Positions 13,179 through 29,680 of a stretch of 64,000 bases of DNA are shown one piece after another. The DNA lies in contig OZ024766.1 of the NCBI GenBank assembly GCA_964016885.1, forward strand, positions 19,468,001 through 19,532,000, written 5' to 3'. Position 1 is the stretch's first letter; each line of letters begins with the position of its first letter. The notes under the pieces were generated by a model. It was not told where the DNA came from and made no database searches. It worked only from the letters and a program-made list of their open reading frames with translations. This DNA comes from Eledone cirrhosa (Eukaryota). The position numbers were made by a program, and so were the translations under genes.

Positions 13179-13840
13179 CATACATTTTTATAAATAGAGA
13201 CATTATACAAAATAATTATTATATACACTCACATCTATGAATGATTGAGGAAGAGCTGGTGAAACACTATAGCAATATGTGTTTCACCCCTTTTGGTTTT
13301 ACCGGCTACATAGCCTATCCGTATTCTTATATCAGATGTGTAGGTGTATTATCTTGTCTAGTATGTATAATGTATGTATGTATATATACAATATATATAC
13401 ACATATATATATATGCACATATACATATATATATACACATATATTTATACTTTATATATATATATATATATACTTTATATATATAAAGTATATAAATATT
13501 TAGACAGAAAATACGGGAAAAATTAGTCAGAAATATTTTAAATATAAAACGGAATAAATTAATGAAAGAAACGTAAAAAAGATAAAAATTGTTGAAATAC
13601 CTTGAAAATATAAAATATAGAAGAAAGAGACAGGAATTGATTGAGTTTGAAGTAAATTAATGAATGAACGAAAGTAGGTGGGGCAGGAACAGGAAGTAAA
13701 GACAGTAGAGTCTCGCAGTGAATGGTAAGGTTTAGAGTAAGAATTATTTTATTCCTGGTTGTATAAATAACATTACAAATATCAAGTAGATAAAAAAATA
13801 TATACGTACACATATATATATATATATATATTATATATAA

Positions 13841-13896
<56 letters not shown>

Positions 13897-13897
13897 A

Positions 13898-13933
<36 letters not shown>

Positions 13934-14104
13934 ACACCAGGTCAAAAAAAGATATAGAGAAAGTACAGGTTCGCAGTGAATATCTCAAGAATTATTTTAT
14001 TCCTAGTTTTGTATATATACATACACATAAATGTGTGTATATATATATATATACACATAAATATGTGTATATATATATACACATATGTATATATATATAT
14101 ATAT

Positions 14105-14545
14105 AGAATTACCAATGAATACAGTGAAGAATTTAGTATAAAAGTTGGTGTTCATCAAGGCTCAGTCCTTAGCCCCCTCCTATTTATTATTGCCCTTCAG
14201 ACTAAAACAGGAGTTTAAGACTGGCTGCCCATGGGAACTTCTATACACAGATGATCTAACAACTGAACTAGATAAGAAATTCCAAACATGGAAGCATGGC
14301 CTAGAATCAAAAGGCCTTAAAGTTAACATGTCTAAGACTAAAGTTCTAGTTTGTAGGAAGGAAAATAGGGCACAGGTGCCCGCTGGGAAATGGCCATGTT
14401 CAGTGTGTAGGAAAGGAGTAGGTAGAAATTCCATTTTATCTCCCAAATACAAACTATGGGTACATAACAGACGTACTGGGAACACAGGCCAGCTATCTAA
14501 GAAAGTAGATTTTATATGTGGCTGATGCTCAGGTGCAATAAGTAG
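14105..14545 (+). mobile_element. Old RTE LINE reverse-transcriptase fragment (co-amplified with the unit)
   Basis: [14 protein letters not shown]...ELLYTDDL...GLKVNxSKTKV...WPCSVC; frameshifted. Confidence 0.88.
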
Positions 14546-15956
14546 CAAGTTCCAGACGTCAGACCTTCAATATATCCATACCCAGGGAGGCAAGGCATTC
14601 AGAGTATGGTAGATACTTGATGGAGGGTATTCACTTGGTTGCACGTCTCTAAGCAAATTCCAGGAGGTCAATGATCTGAGCAAGACAGGGGTTCCAGACT
14701 CGTGATGCAATTTCTAAGTGTGGCCGCACCATAGCTATTTACAGCTTTAAATAGATAGATAAATGCATGGTTGTACACATGTACACAGCCAGCTTGAGTT
14801 GCCAGTCCGTGGTCCATTGCTGCATTGTGTCCAGATCTAGTGTTCAGGATCTGTCCTTTTTATCTCAAGGGACAGCTCGATGTCATATGCATATTTCAGT
14901 ACTGTGACACTCTTTAAGTTGCCATCTATGTCATTAATAGATGTGTAACGGAATTCTCCTATAAATTACCTGCCGAAGATTCAAAACCGAATCTAAAAGT
15001 TCTCGCATCTGGGACCACCTATCGTTGCGAGTTTCCCACCATTGTCCTGTCAAGAGACAGCAATGATGAACATACATGCCACTTGACCTGTGACCCCAGC
15101 TTCAAGATAGCTGAAACTCACGTGGCTACTCATAAATCAACCCTGTATACACATCCTTCTAGCTATAGGGTTATTATAAATACAAGTACAAAGGGAATCC
15201 AGCAGCCAGACCACGAAGCAGTAGTCCTTAAGAGAAAAATGTGAAACATTCACATTCTACAGACCTCTTGGGGTCTACAGACTTCTACTGACCTTTTACT
15301 CTATCTCTCTCTCCTGGCCTTACTGGCTCTCACCTTCTTGGCCACAGACTACGCCACCAGACAAGAGAGACCGAAGAAGCAGTCCTTGAGAGGAATAACA
15401 AATACTAAGGATACACACACACTCAGTAGGTTTCATTATACTGTTTACTTCTGGGTTTTATCTATTCTTTTGTCTTCCTGTTGAATCACTTCTCGTGTAT
15501 CATTGTATTGATACATACATACACGCTAGCTCGAAGTAGCTAGTCAGCAAATTGATGTAGTGATAATTCCTGTCACAATTTTTATTACTTGATGTTCAAT
15601 GTAGACACAAGTGAATATTGTTATTGTAAAATAAACATTGTCAACATCACAATTCTGGCATTATTCTTTTTATCATTCATACACAAAAGAATACATTTAT
15701 CCACTACATATGCAACAAACAAAAGGGGACACAAATTTCTACACACATACATTCACATATATATAGCGTGTGTAAATTCTGAACAATACAGATTTGTCAG
15801 CACAAGTCTTGGTTACAACTTCTACAAATAAAATGAAAGGAGAAGAATTTCTTAGTAAAACAGTTTTATTCAAAATATTAACATTGGTGGCACAATTTTG
15901 GGTGAGTGGTATGGTTTTTATCTTGTCTGATTGTGTTGCATTAAGTAATCTTTACA

Positions 15957-16400
15957 AGAGAATAATTTACCACAGACATCACAGTGATATAGTTCCTCTC
16001 CTGTATATGTTAGTGTGTAGTGAAGCCCCAACATTTAGACAATGATTTACTGCAGACATTACAGTGATATGGTTCCTCTCCTGTAAATGTTAGTGTCTAG
16101 TGAAGCCACAACATTTAGAGAATGATTTACTGAAGACATTACAGTGATATAGTTCCTCTCCTGTGAATGTTAGTGCCGAATGAAGTGAGTTATTTCAGAG
16201 AATGATTTCCCACAGATATCACAGTGATATGGTTTCTGTCCTGTATGTATGTGTTTGTGTCTAATTGAACAAGCTATCATGGATAACAATTTACCACAAA
16301 TATTACAGTGATATGGCTTTTCTCCAGTATATATATGTTTGTATGAAGGTAAGTAGCAATGAAAGAGAATAGCACAGTGGCATGGCTTCTCATATGAATG
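15957..16400 (-). pseudogene. Degenerate zinc-finger relic / 80-bp satellite, unit 3 (3 motifs)
   Basis: Motif at 15993, 16073, 16153. Confidence 0.85.
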
Positions 16401-16533
16401 TATTTGTGTTTAATTCACCATTTTCAGACAATGAGATATTTTTTGGTAATGGGTTCTCACCCATATGGGTATATTTGTGTCTAGTTAAACTACTTGATAC
16501 AGAGAATAATTTACCACAGATATCGCAGTGGTA

Positions 16534-17772
<1,239 letters not shown>

Positions 17773-19034
17773 TTATATATTATATTCCTGAAGATATTAC
17801 TTCTGCAATATTTCCGTCAACGGTGATCTCAGTCAAGATCTGAAGATGATGCAAACTTCTTTCTGATCCAAGTTTAGTTAAGGTTAAAAATCATCTGGTA
17901 AATATTTCAGATGGTGATGAAACAATACTTTTCGAAGAATTTTTCCAAGACGCACAGTTCTGAGGAAATATTTCACACTAATTCTGCCATAGATTTATAT
18001 AAACAGTGTTATATGAGTTCCGTATCAAAACCTTTAGTCTTGAAATGATGATAAATAGAGGGGACGTATTCAAGATTAAAAAATAATTTTATCCCAATGT
18101 CATCTGATATTCTGAAATAAGAAAGAAACAGTATGAGATAATAGAGAATACTTTAGAAACAGAGATAGATTTAACATTGGATATTTTATATTTCTATATT
18201 GATAAACTGTAGATATCAACTTTCCTGTCCAGAGTTATTCTCTCCAATGTAAGCAGTGATATTCCACGATGCTCTATAAACTATATCCTTCTAACTCTTG
18301 GGAGGTCTGCTCTATAGCCTTTACCCAAGAACTTCATTCTTATATGACATTCTAACATGGTAATTGTCTGAGACCTGAGATGTGTAACTTGACAGTTCCT
18401 TGAGTAACAGTTCTTTCTACCTGGAAGGGGAAAAGTGCTGTGTAATTGCTTGATAACAGTCAAAGGATTCTCACACATGGCTACCCTAGGCACCCCAATA
18501 ACATGACTTGTGTTAGGCTTGTAGACACAATTAGGGGAAATTTTTATTCATAGGGATTACATAATTTTAGCGCTATTTTTTATCTTTTCTGTTTGGATGC
18601 CTTTCCACTCATCAACCACTTTACAGCAAGGACTGGGTGTATTGTTTGTGTCACTAGAGAGGTTATTTTACTGGTCTTAAGAGCTCATATATACACATAT
18701 ATATACATACATATATATATACATATGTATAAATATTTATATATCTATACATATATATATACATATATATATATACATATAAATTTCACCAGAGATAGAA
18801 AACCAGAATTAGTCATTTAGTTTACATAATGAGACCACAACCCATCCTATTTATTTTAAAGGGTGGGGTGAATTAAGAGTGGGGTGGTGGTGTAAAAAAT
18901 CTGAAAATTAAATGAGTGTGTGTGGGGGAAAATTATTTGAGACCTAAGTGAGGGTGGTGAACGATTATTTCAGAAAAAAGTGAGGGTGGGGAACGATTAT
19001 TTGAGACCAAAGTGAGGGTGGGGGACAATCATTT

Positions 19035-19655
19035 GAGCTACACACACATCTCCTGAGTTACACACACATCTCCTGAGTTATACACACATCTACTGAGTTA
19101 TATACACATCTACTGAGTTATACACACATCTACTGAGTTATACACACATCTACTGAGTTACACACACATCTGAGTTACACATACATCTACTGAGTTACAC
19201 ACATATCTACTGAGTTTCACACACATCTACTGAGATACATACACATCTGCTGAGTTACATACACATCTACTCAGTTATACACACATCTACTGAGTTATAC
19301 ACACATCTACTGAGTTACACAAACATTTGAGTTACACACACATCTACTGAGATACATATACATCTGCTGAGTTACATACACATCTACTCAGTTATACACA
19401 CATCTACTGAGTTATACACACATCTACTGAGTTACACAAACATCTGAGTTACATACACATCTGAGTTATACACACATCTACAGAGTTATACACACATCTG
19501 AGTTATACACACATCTGAGTTATACACACGTCTACTGAGTTATACACACGTCTACTGAGTTACACACACATCTGAGTTACACACACATCTACTGAGTTAA
19601 ACACACGTATACTGAGTTACACACACATCTACAGAGTTATACACACATCTACTCA
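19035..19655 (+). repeat. 20-bp minisatellite, unit 3
   Basis: Same consensus. Confidence 0.97.
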
Positions 19656-20352
19656 TATATATTTATAAATAGACACATTATAAAATAATTATTATATACA
19701 CTCACATCTATGAATGATTGAGGAAGAGCTGGTGAAACACTATAGCAATATGTGTGTTTCACCCATTTTGGTTTTACCGGCTACATAGCCTATCCGTATT
19801 CTTATATCAGATGTGTAGGTGTATTATCTTGTCTAGTAGGTATAATGTATATATACAATATATATACACATATATATATGCATATATACATGAATACATA
19901 TATATATATATATACACATATATTTATATATACATATTTATATATACTTTATACATGTATATATATATATATACTTTATATATACTTTATATATATATAT
20001 ATATATATATACTTTATATATATAAAGTATATAAATATTTAGACAGAAAATACGGGAAAAATTAGTCAGAAATATTTTAAATATAAAACGGAATAAATTA
20101 ATGAAAGAAACGTAAAACAGATAAAAATTGTTGAAATACCTTGAAAATATAAAATATAGAAGAAAGAGGCAGGAATTGATTGAGTTTGAAGTAAATTAAT
20201 GAATGAACGAAAGTAGGTGGGGCAGGAACAGGAAGTAAAGACAGTAGAGTCTCGCAGTGAATGGTAAGGTTTAGAGTAAGAATCATTTTATTCCTGGTTG
20301 TATACATAACATTACAAATAGCACAAATATCAAATAGATAAAAAATATATAC

Positions 20353-20386
<34 letters not shown>

Positions 20387-20545
20387 ATATCCACACCAGG
20401 TCCGAAAAAGATATAGAGAAAGTACAGGTTCGCAGTGAATATCTCAAGAATTATTTTATTCCTGGTTGTATAAATAACATTACAAATATCAAGTAGATAA
20501 AAAAATATATACGTACACATATATATATATATATATTTTATATAA

Positions 20546-20598
<53 letters not shown>

Positions 20599-20869
20599 AT
20601 ATAAATATATATATACATATATATACACACCAGGTCCAAAAAAGATATAGAGAAAGTACAGGTTCGCAGTGAATATCTCAAGAATTATTTTATTCCTAGT
20701 TTTGTAAATAACATTACAAATTATACTTAGACGAAGAATGTGGAGTAGTAAATAAATATATATACACATAAATATGTGTATATATATATATATATATATA
20801 CATACACATAAATATGTGTATATATATATATATATACACATAAATATGTGTATATATATATATATATAT

Positions 20870-21310
20870 AGAATTACCAATGAATACAGTGAAGAATTTA
20901 GTATAAAAGTTGGTGTTCATCAAAGCTCTGTCCTTAGCCCCCTCCTATTTATTATTGCCCTTCAGGCTAAAACAGGAGTTTAAGACTGGCTGCCCATGGG
21001 AACGTCTATACACAGATTATCTAACAGCTGAACTAGATAAGAAATTCCAAACATGGAAGCATGGCCTAGAATCAAAAGGCCTTAAAGTTAACTTGTCTAA
21101 GACTAAAGTTCTAGTTTGTAGGAAGGAAAATAGGGCACAGGTGCCCTCTGGGAAATGGCCATGTTCAGTGTGTAGGAAAGGAGTAGGTAGAAATTCCATT
21201 TTATCTCCCAAATACAAACTATGGGTACATAACAGACGTACTGGGAACACAGGCCAGCTATCTAAGAAAGTAGATTTTATATGTGGCTGATGCTCAGGTG
21301 CAATAAGTAG
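20870..21310 (+). mobile_element. Old RTE LINE RT fragment copy
   Basis: Same as 14105-14545. Confidence 0.88.
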
Positions 21311-22023
21311 CAAGTTCCAAATGTCAGACCTTCAATGTATCCATACCCAGGGAGGCAAGGCATTCAGAGTATGGTAGATACTTGATGGAGGGTATTCACT
21401 TGGTTGCACGTCTCTAAACAATTTCCAGATCAATGATCTGAGCAAGACAGGGGTTCCAGACTGGTGATGCAATTTCTAAGTGTGGCCACACCATAGCTAT
21501 TTACAGCTTTAAATAGATAGATAAATGCATAGTCGTACACTTGTACACAGCCAGCTTGAGTTGCCAGTCCGTGGTCCATTGCTGCATTGTGTCCAGATCT
21601 AGTGTTCAGGATCTGTCCTTTTTATCTCAAGGGACAGCTCGATGTCATCTGCATATTTCAGTACTGTGACATACTTTAAGTTGCCATCTATGTCATTAAT
21701 AGATGTGTCAACGGAATTCTCCTATAAATTACCTGCCGAAGATTCAAAACCGAATCTAAGAGTTCTCACATCTAGGACCACCTATCGTTGCGAGTTTCCC
21801 ACCATTGTCCTGTCAAGAGACAACAATGATGAACATACATGCCACTTGACCTGTGACCCCAGCTTCAAGATAGCTGAAACTCACATGGCTACTCATAAAT
21901 CAACCCTGTATACACATCCTTCTAGCTATAGGGTTATTATAAATACAAGTACAAAGGGAATCCAGCAGCCAGACCACGAAGCAGCAGTGCTTGAGAGAAT
22001 AACGATGTGGGGTCTACAGACTT

Positions 22024-22210
22024 GGCGGTGGATTGGCAGTATCGGTAGAGGGTCGGACGCCATGCTTTCCAGCATAGTTACGTCCCTTTACGATCTGAGT
22101 TCAAATCCCGCCGAGGTTGACTTTGCCTTTCATCCTTAAGGGTCGATAAAATAAAGTACCAGTAATGTACTGGATAATTGCTGGCCTTGTGCCTAAAGTA
22201 GAAACAATTA
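22024..22210 (+). mobile_element. Octopus-type tRNA-derived SINE, single copy
   Basis: TGGCAGTATCGG A-box-like, GAGTTCAAATCC B-box, GAGGTTGACTTTGCCTTTCATCC...GTCGATAAAATAAAGTACCAGT body; absent from other units. Confidence 0.82.
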
Positions 22211-22502
22211 TTCTTTTTATCATTCATACACAAAAGAATACATTTATCCACTACATATGCAACAAACAAAAGGGGACACAAATTTCTACACACATACATT
22301 CACATATATATAGCGTGTGTAAATTCTGAACGCTACAGATTTGTCAGCACAAGTCTTGGTTACAACTTCAACAAATAAAATGAAAGGAAAAGAATTTCTT
22401 AGTAAAACAGTTTTATTCAACATATTAACATTGGTGGCACTATTTTGGGTGAGTGATATGGTTTTTATCTTGTCTGATTGTGTTGCATTAAGTAATCTTT
22501 AC

Positions 22503-22780
22503 AAGAGAATGATTTACCACAGACATCACAGTGATATAGTTCCTCTCCTGTATATGTTAGTGTCTAGTGAAGCCACAACATTTAGACAATGATTTATTGC
22601 AGACATTACAGTGATATAGTTCCTCTCCTGTATATGTTAGTGTCTAGTGAAGCCACAATATTTAGAGAATGATTTCTCACAGATATCACAGTGATATGGT
22701 TTCTCTCCTGTATGTATATGTTTGTATGAAGTTAAGTGGCAATGAAAGAGAATAGCACAGTGGCATGGCTTCTCATATGA
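22503..22780 (-). pseudogene. Degenerate zinc-finger relic, unit 4 (2 motifs, internally deleted)
   Basis: Motif at 22540, 22620; lacks the EITHFIRH/MIACSTRH segments seen in other units. Confidence 0.8.
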
Positions 22781-22830
22781 ATGTATTTGTGTTTAATTCA
22801 CCATTGTCAGATAATGAGATATTTTTTTGG

Positions 22831-24108
22831 TTATGGGTTCTCAGTCATATGGGTACGTTTGTGTCTAGTTAAGGTACCACCTTCAGTGAATGATTTACCA
22901 CAGATATCACAGTGGTATGGCTTGTCTCCTGTATGGGTACGTAAGTGTTTAGTTAAGTTACTACTTTCAGAGAAGGATATACCACAGGTATCACAGTGGT
23001 ATGGCTTGTCTCCTGTATGTATACGTTTGTGTCTAGTTAAGGTACCATTTATAAAGAATGATTTACCACAGATATCACAGTGGTATGGCTTGTCTCCTGT
23101 ATGGGTACGTAAGTGTGAAGTTAAGGTACAACTATCAGAGAATGATTTACTACAGATATCACAGTGGTATGGCTTGTCTCCTGTATGTATACGTTTGTGT
23201 CTAGTTAAGTTACTACTTCCAGAGAATGATATACCACAGATATCACAGTTGTATGGCTTGTCTCCTGTATGGGTACGTATGTGTGTAGTTAAGTGACTAC
23301 TATCAGAGAATGATTTACCACAGATATCACAGAGGTGTGGCTTCTCTCCTGTATGTATACGTTTGTGGGAAGTTAAGTGGCTACTTTGAGAGAATGATTT
23401 ACCACAGATATCGCAGTGGTATGGCTTGTCTGCTGTATGGGTATATTTGTGTTTAGTTAAGTCACTACTATCGGAGACTGATATACCACAGATATCACAG
23501 TGGTATGGCTTGTCTCCTGTATGTATACGTATGTGTCTAGTTAAGGTACTACTTCGAGAGAATGATTTACCACAGATATCACAGTGGTGTGGCTTCTCTC
23601 CTGTATGCATAAGTTTGTGGCAAGTTAACTGACCACTTTGAGAGAATGATTTACCACAGATATCGCAGTGGTATGGCTTGACTCCTGTATGTATACGTTT
23701 GTGTGGAATTAACTGACCACTTTTCGAGAATGATTTACCACAGATATCACAGTGGTATGGCTTGTCTCCTGTATGTATACGTTTGTGGCAAGTTAAGTGG
23801 CTACTTTGAGAGAATGATTTACCACAGATATCGCATTGGTATGGCTTGTCTCCTGTATGTGTTCGTTTGTGTGGAATTAACTGACCACTTCCAGAGAATG
23901 ATTTACCACAGATTTCGCAGTGGTATGGCTTGTCTCCTGTATGTATACGTATGTGTCTAGTTAAGTTACTACTTATATAGAATGATTTACCACAGATATC
24001 ACAGTGATATGGCTTCTCTCCTCTAGACTTTGGCATCTCTGCTGGAATAGCCATATCTCTAGACAATGTTTCACATTTAATCTTCTTCACACTCAATTTC
24101 GTTTCCAT
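22831..24108 (-). CDS. Poly-C2H2 zinc-finger protein, unit 4 (14 fingers)
   Basis: 425-aa ORF; sister of unit 7 with the same finger order. Confidence 0.93.
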   Translation of the reverse strand: METKLSVKKIKCETLSRDMAIPAEMPKSRGEKPYHCDICGKSFYISSNLTRHIRIHTGDKPYHCEICGKSFSGSGQLIPHKRTHTGDKPYQCDICGKSFSQSSHLTCHKRIHTGDKPYHCDICGKSFSKSGQLIPHKRIHTGVKPYHCDICGKSFSQSGQLTCHKLMHTGEKPHHCDICGKSFSRSSTLTRHIRIHTGDKPYHCDICGISVSDSSDLTKHKYTHTADKPYHCDICGKSFSQSSHLTSHKRIHTGEKPHLCDICGKSFSDSSHLTTHIRTHTGDKPYNCDICGISFSGSSNLTRHKRIHTGDKPYHCDICSKSFSDSCTLTSHLRTHTGDKPYHCDICGKSFFINGTLTRHKRIHTGDKPYHCDTCGISFSESSNLTKHLRTHTGDKPYHCDICGKSFTEGGTLTRHKRTHMTENP

Positions 24109-25283
24109 GTTTCTTCTTCCCTTAGCAGAATTTACAAATGTTATTCTCGTCTTATTTTATATATTATATTCCTGAAGATATTTCTATTGCTATATTTCCG
24201 GCAACGGTGATCTCAGTCAAGATCTGAAGATGATGCAAACTTCTTTCTGATCCAAGTTTAGTAAAGATTCAAAATCATCTTGTAAATATTTCAGATGCTG
24301 ATGAAACAATACTTTTCCAAGAATTTTTCCAAGACACACAGTTCTGAGGAAATATTTCACACTAATTCTGCCATAGATTTATATAAACAGTGTTATATGA
24401 GTTCCGTATCAAAACCTTTAGTCTTGAAATGATGATAAATAGTGGGGATGTATTCAAGATTAAAAAATAATGTTATCCCAATGTCATCTGATATTCTGAA
24501 ATAAGAAAGAAACAGTATGAGATAATAGAGAATACTTTAGAAACAGAGATAGATTTAATGATAAACTGTAGATATCAACTTTCCTGTCCAGAGTTATTCT
24601 CTCCAATGTAAGCAGTGATATTCCACGATGCTCTATAAACTATATCCTTCTAACTCTTGGTAGGTCTGCTCTATAGCCTTTACCCAAGAACTTCATTCTT
24701 ATATGACATTCTAACATGGTAATTGTCTGAGACCTGAGATGTGTAACTTGACAGTTCCTTGAGTAACAGTTCTTTCTACCTGGAAGGGGAAAAGTGCTGT
24801 GTAATTGCTTGGTAACAGTCAAAGGATTCTCACACATGGCTACCCTAGGCACCCCAATAACATGACTTGTGTTAGGCTTGTAGACACAATTAGTGGGAAT
24901 TTTTATTCGTAGGGATTACATAATTTTAGCACTATTTTTTATCTTTTCTGTTTGGATGCCTTTCCTCTCATCAACCACTTTACAGCAAGGACTGGGTGTA
25001 TTGTTTGTGGCACTAGAGAGGTTATTTTACTGGTCTTAAGAGCTCATATACATACATATATATACATACATATGTATATATATATATATACATATAAATT
25101 TCACCAGAGATAGAAAACCAGAATTAGTCATTTGCTTTACATAATGAGACCCCAACCCATCCTGTTTATTTTAAAGGGTGGGGTGAATTAAGCGTGGGGT
25201 GGTGGTGTAAAAAATCTGAAAATTAAATGAGGGTGGGGGAAAATTATTTGTTTGAGACCAAAGTTAGAGTCGGGAACGATTAT

Positions 25284-26080
25284 TTGAGCTACACACACAT
25301 CTGAGTTACACACACATCTACTGAGTTATACACACATCTACTGAGTTACACACACATCTACTGAGTTATACACACATCTGAGTTACACACATCTACTGCG
25401 TTACACACATCTACTACGTTACACACATCTACAGAGTTACACACACATCTACAGAGTTACACACACATCTACTGAGTTACACACACATCTACAGAGTTAC
25501 ACACACATCTACAGAGTTACACACACATCTACAGAGTTACACACACATCCACTGAGTTACATACACATCTACAGAGTTACACACACATCTGAGTTACACA
25601 CACATCTGAGTTACACACACATCTACTGAGTTACATACACATCTACTGAGCTACACACATCTACTGAGTTACACACACATCTGAGTTACACACACATCTA
25701 CTGATTTACATACACACATCTGAGTTACATACACACATCTACTGAGTTACACACACATCTACTGAGTTACATACACATCTACTGAGTTACATACACATCT
25801 ACTGAGTTACATACACATCTACTAAGTTACACACACATATACTGAGTTACACACACATCTGAGTTACACACACATCTACTGAGTTATACACACATCTACT
25901 GAGTTACACACACATCTCCTGAGTTATATACACATCTACTGAGTTACACACACATCTACTGAGTTATACACACGTCTACTGAGTTACACACACATCTACT
26001 GAGTTACACACACATCTACAGAGTTATACACACATCTACTGAGTTATACACACATCTACTGAGTTATAAACACATCTACT
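25284..26080 (+). repeat. 20-bp minisatellite, unit 4
   Basis: Same consensus. Confidence 0.97.
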
Positions 26081-27221
26081 TATACATTTTTATAAATAGA
26101 CACATTATACAAAATAATTATTATATACACACACATCTATGAATGATTGTGGAAGAGCTGGTGAAACACTATAGCAATGTGTTTCACCCCTTTTGGTTTT
26201 ACCGGCTACATAGCCTATCCGTATTCTTATATCAGATGTGAAGGTGTATTATCTTGTCTAGTATGTATAACGTATGTATGTATGTAGATATACTATATAT
26301 ATACACATATATATATGCATATATACATGAATACATATATATATATAGACATATATTTATATATACTTTATATATATATATATTTATACTTTATATATAT
26401 ATATACTTTATATATTTATATATACTTTATATATATATATACATATATATACTTTATATATATATATACTTTATATATTTATATATACTTTATATATATA
26501 TATACATATATATACTTTATATATATATATACTTTATATATATAAAGTATATATAAATATTTAGACAGAAAATACGGGAAAAATTAGTCAGAAATATTTT
26601 AAATATAAAACGGAATAAATTAATGAAAGAAACGTAAAACAGATAAAAATTGTTGAAATACCTTGAAAATATAAAATATAGAAGAAAGAGACAGGAATTG
26701 ATTGAGTTTGAAGTAAATTAATGAATAAACGAAAGTAGGTGGGGCAGGAACAGGAAGTAAAGACAGTAGAGTCTCGCAGTGAATGGTAAGGTTTAGAGTA
26801 AGAATTATTTTATTCCTGGTTGTATAAATAACATTACAAATTATACTGAGACGAATAATGTGCTGTAGAAAATATATATATATATATATATATTTATTAA
26901 AATAACAGATTAAAGTTTAAGCAAAGAATCGCTGCTTTCACCCTTAACGGGATCTTCTGAAACTAACAAAGTCAATCTGTAAACGCAGAACTGGATATAT
27001 ATATATATATATATATATATACACCAGGTTCAAAAAAGATATAGAGAAAGTACAGGTTCGCAGTGAATATCACAAGAATTATTTTATTCCTAGTTTTGTA
27101 AATAACATTACAAATTGTACTTAGACGAAGAATGTGGAGTAGTAAATATATATATATATATACACATAAATATGTATATATATATACATACACATAAATA
27201 TGTGTATATATATACACATAA

Positions 27222-27262
<41 letters not shown>

Positions 27263-27291
27263 AATATGTGTATATACATATATATATATAT

Positions 27292-27733
27292 AGAATTACC
27301 AATGAATACAGTGAAGAATTTAGAATAAAAGTTGGTGTTCATCAAAGCTCTGTCCTTAGCCCCTCCAATTTATTATTGCCCTTCAGGCTAAAACAGAGGA
27401 GTTTAAGACAGGCTGCCCATGGGAACTTCTATACACAGATGATCTAACAGCTGAACTAGATAAGAAATTCCAAACATGGAAGCAAGGCCTAGAATCAAAA
27501 GGCCTTAAAGTTAACTTGTCTAAGACTAAAGTTCTAGTTTGTAGGAAGGAAAATAGGGCACAGGTGCCCTCTGGGAAATGGCCATGTTCAGTGTGTAGGA
27601 AAGGAGTAGGTAGAAATTCCATTTTATGTCCCAAATACAAACTATGGGTACATAACAGACGTACTGGGAACACAGGCCAGCTATCTAAGAAAGTAGATTT
27701 TATATGTGGCTGATGCTCAGGTGCAATAAGTAG
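27292..27733 (+). mobile_element. Old RTE LINE RT fragment copy
   Basis: Same. Confidence 0.88.
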
Positions 27734-28846
27734 CAAGTTCCAGACGTTGGACCTTCAATGTATCCATACCCAGGGAGGCAAGGCATTCAGAGTATGGTAG
27801 ATGGTTGATGGAGCATATTCACTTGGTTGCACGTCTCTAAACAATTTCCAGGAGGTCAATGTTCTGAGCAAGACAGGGGTTCCAGACTGGTGATTCAATT
27901 TCTAAGTGTGGCCACACCATAGCTATTTACAGCTTTAAATAGATAGATAAATGCATGGTCGTACACTTGTACACAGCCAGCTTCAGTTGCCAGTCCGTGG
28001 TCCATTGCTCCATGGCTACTCATAAATCAACCCTGTATACACATCTAGCTATAGGGTTATTATAAATACAAGTACAAAGGGAATCCAGCAGCCAGACCAC
28101 GAAGCACTAGTCCTTAAGAGAATAATGATGTGAAACATTCACATTCTACAGACCCCTTGGGGTCTACAGACTTCTACTGACCTTTTACTCTATCTCTCTC
28201 TCCTGGCCTTACTGGCTCTCACCTTCTTGGCCACAGACTACGCCACCAAACAAGAGAGACCGAAGCAGCAGTCCTTGAGAGGAATAACAAATACTAAGGA
28301 TACACACACACTCAGTAGGTTTCATTATACTGTTTACTTCTGTGTTTTATCTATTCTTTCGTCTTCCTGTTGAATCACTTCTCTTGTGTCGTTGTATTGA
28401 TACATAAATACACGCTAGCTCGAAGTAGCTAGTCAGAAAATTGATGTAGTGATAATTCCTGTCACAAATTTTATTACTTGATATTCAATGTAGCAACAAG
28501 TTAATATTGTTATTGTAAAATAAACATTGTCAACATCACAATTCTGGCATTATTCTTTTTATCATTCATACACAAAAGAATACATTTATCCACTACATAT
28601 GCAACAAATAAAAGGGGACACAAATTTCAACACACATACATTTCACATATATATAGAGAATGTAAATTCTGAACAATACAGATTTGTCAGCACAAGTCTT
28701 GGTTACAAATTCTACAAATAAAATGAAAGGGGAAGAATTTCTTAGTAAAACAGTTTTATTCAAAATATTAACATTGGTGGCACTATTTTGGGTGAGTGAT
28801 ATGGTTTTTATCTTGTCTGATTGTGTTGCATTAAGTAATTTTTACA

Positions 28847-29680
28847 AGAGAATGATTTACCACAGACATCAGAGTGATATAGTTCCTCTCCTGTATATGT
28901 TAGTGTCTAGTGAAGCCCCAACATTTAGACAATGATTTACCAGACATCACAGTGATATGGTTCCTCTCCTATATATGGTAGTGTGTAGTGAAGCCACAAC
29001 ATTTAGACAATGATTTACCAGACATCACAGTGATATGGTTCCTCTCCTGTATATGGTAGTGTCTAGAGAAGCCCCAACATTTAGACAATGATTTACCAGA
29101 CATCACAGTGATATGGTTCCTCTCCTGTAAATGTTATTGTCTAGTGAAGCCACAACATTTAGACAATGATTTACTGCAGACATTACAGTGATGTAGTTCC
29201 TCTCCTGTAAATGTTAGTCTAGTGAAGCCACAATATTTAGAGAAGGATTTACTGCAGACATCACAGTGATATAGTTCCTCTCCTGTAAATGTTAGTGTGT
29301 AGTGAAGCCACAACATATAGAGAATGATTTACCACAGACATCACAGTGATATGGTTCCTCTCCTGTAAATGTTAGTGTCTAGTGAAGCCACAACATTTAG
29401 AGAAGGATTTACCACGGACATCACAGTGATATAGTTCCTCTCCTGTAAATGTTAGTGCCGAATGAAGTGAGTTATTTCAGAGAATGATTTCCCACAGATA
29501 TCACAGTGATATGGTTTCTCTCCTGTATGTATATGTTTGTGTCTAGTTGAACAAGCTATCATGGATAACAATTTACCACAAATTTTACAGTGATATGGCT
29601 TTTCTCCAGTACATATATGTTTGTATGAAGTTAATGCAGCAATGAAAGAGAATAGCACAGTGGCATGGCTTCTCATATGA
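28847..29680 (-). pseudogene. Degenerate zinc-finger relic / 77-80-bp satellite, unit 5 (8 motifs)
   Basis: Repeats read TGEELYHCDVCSKSFSKYCGFTR in shifting frames. Confidence 0.85.
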
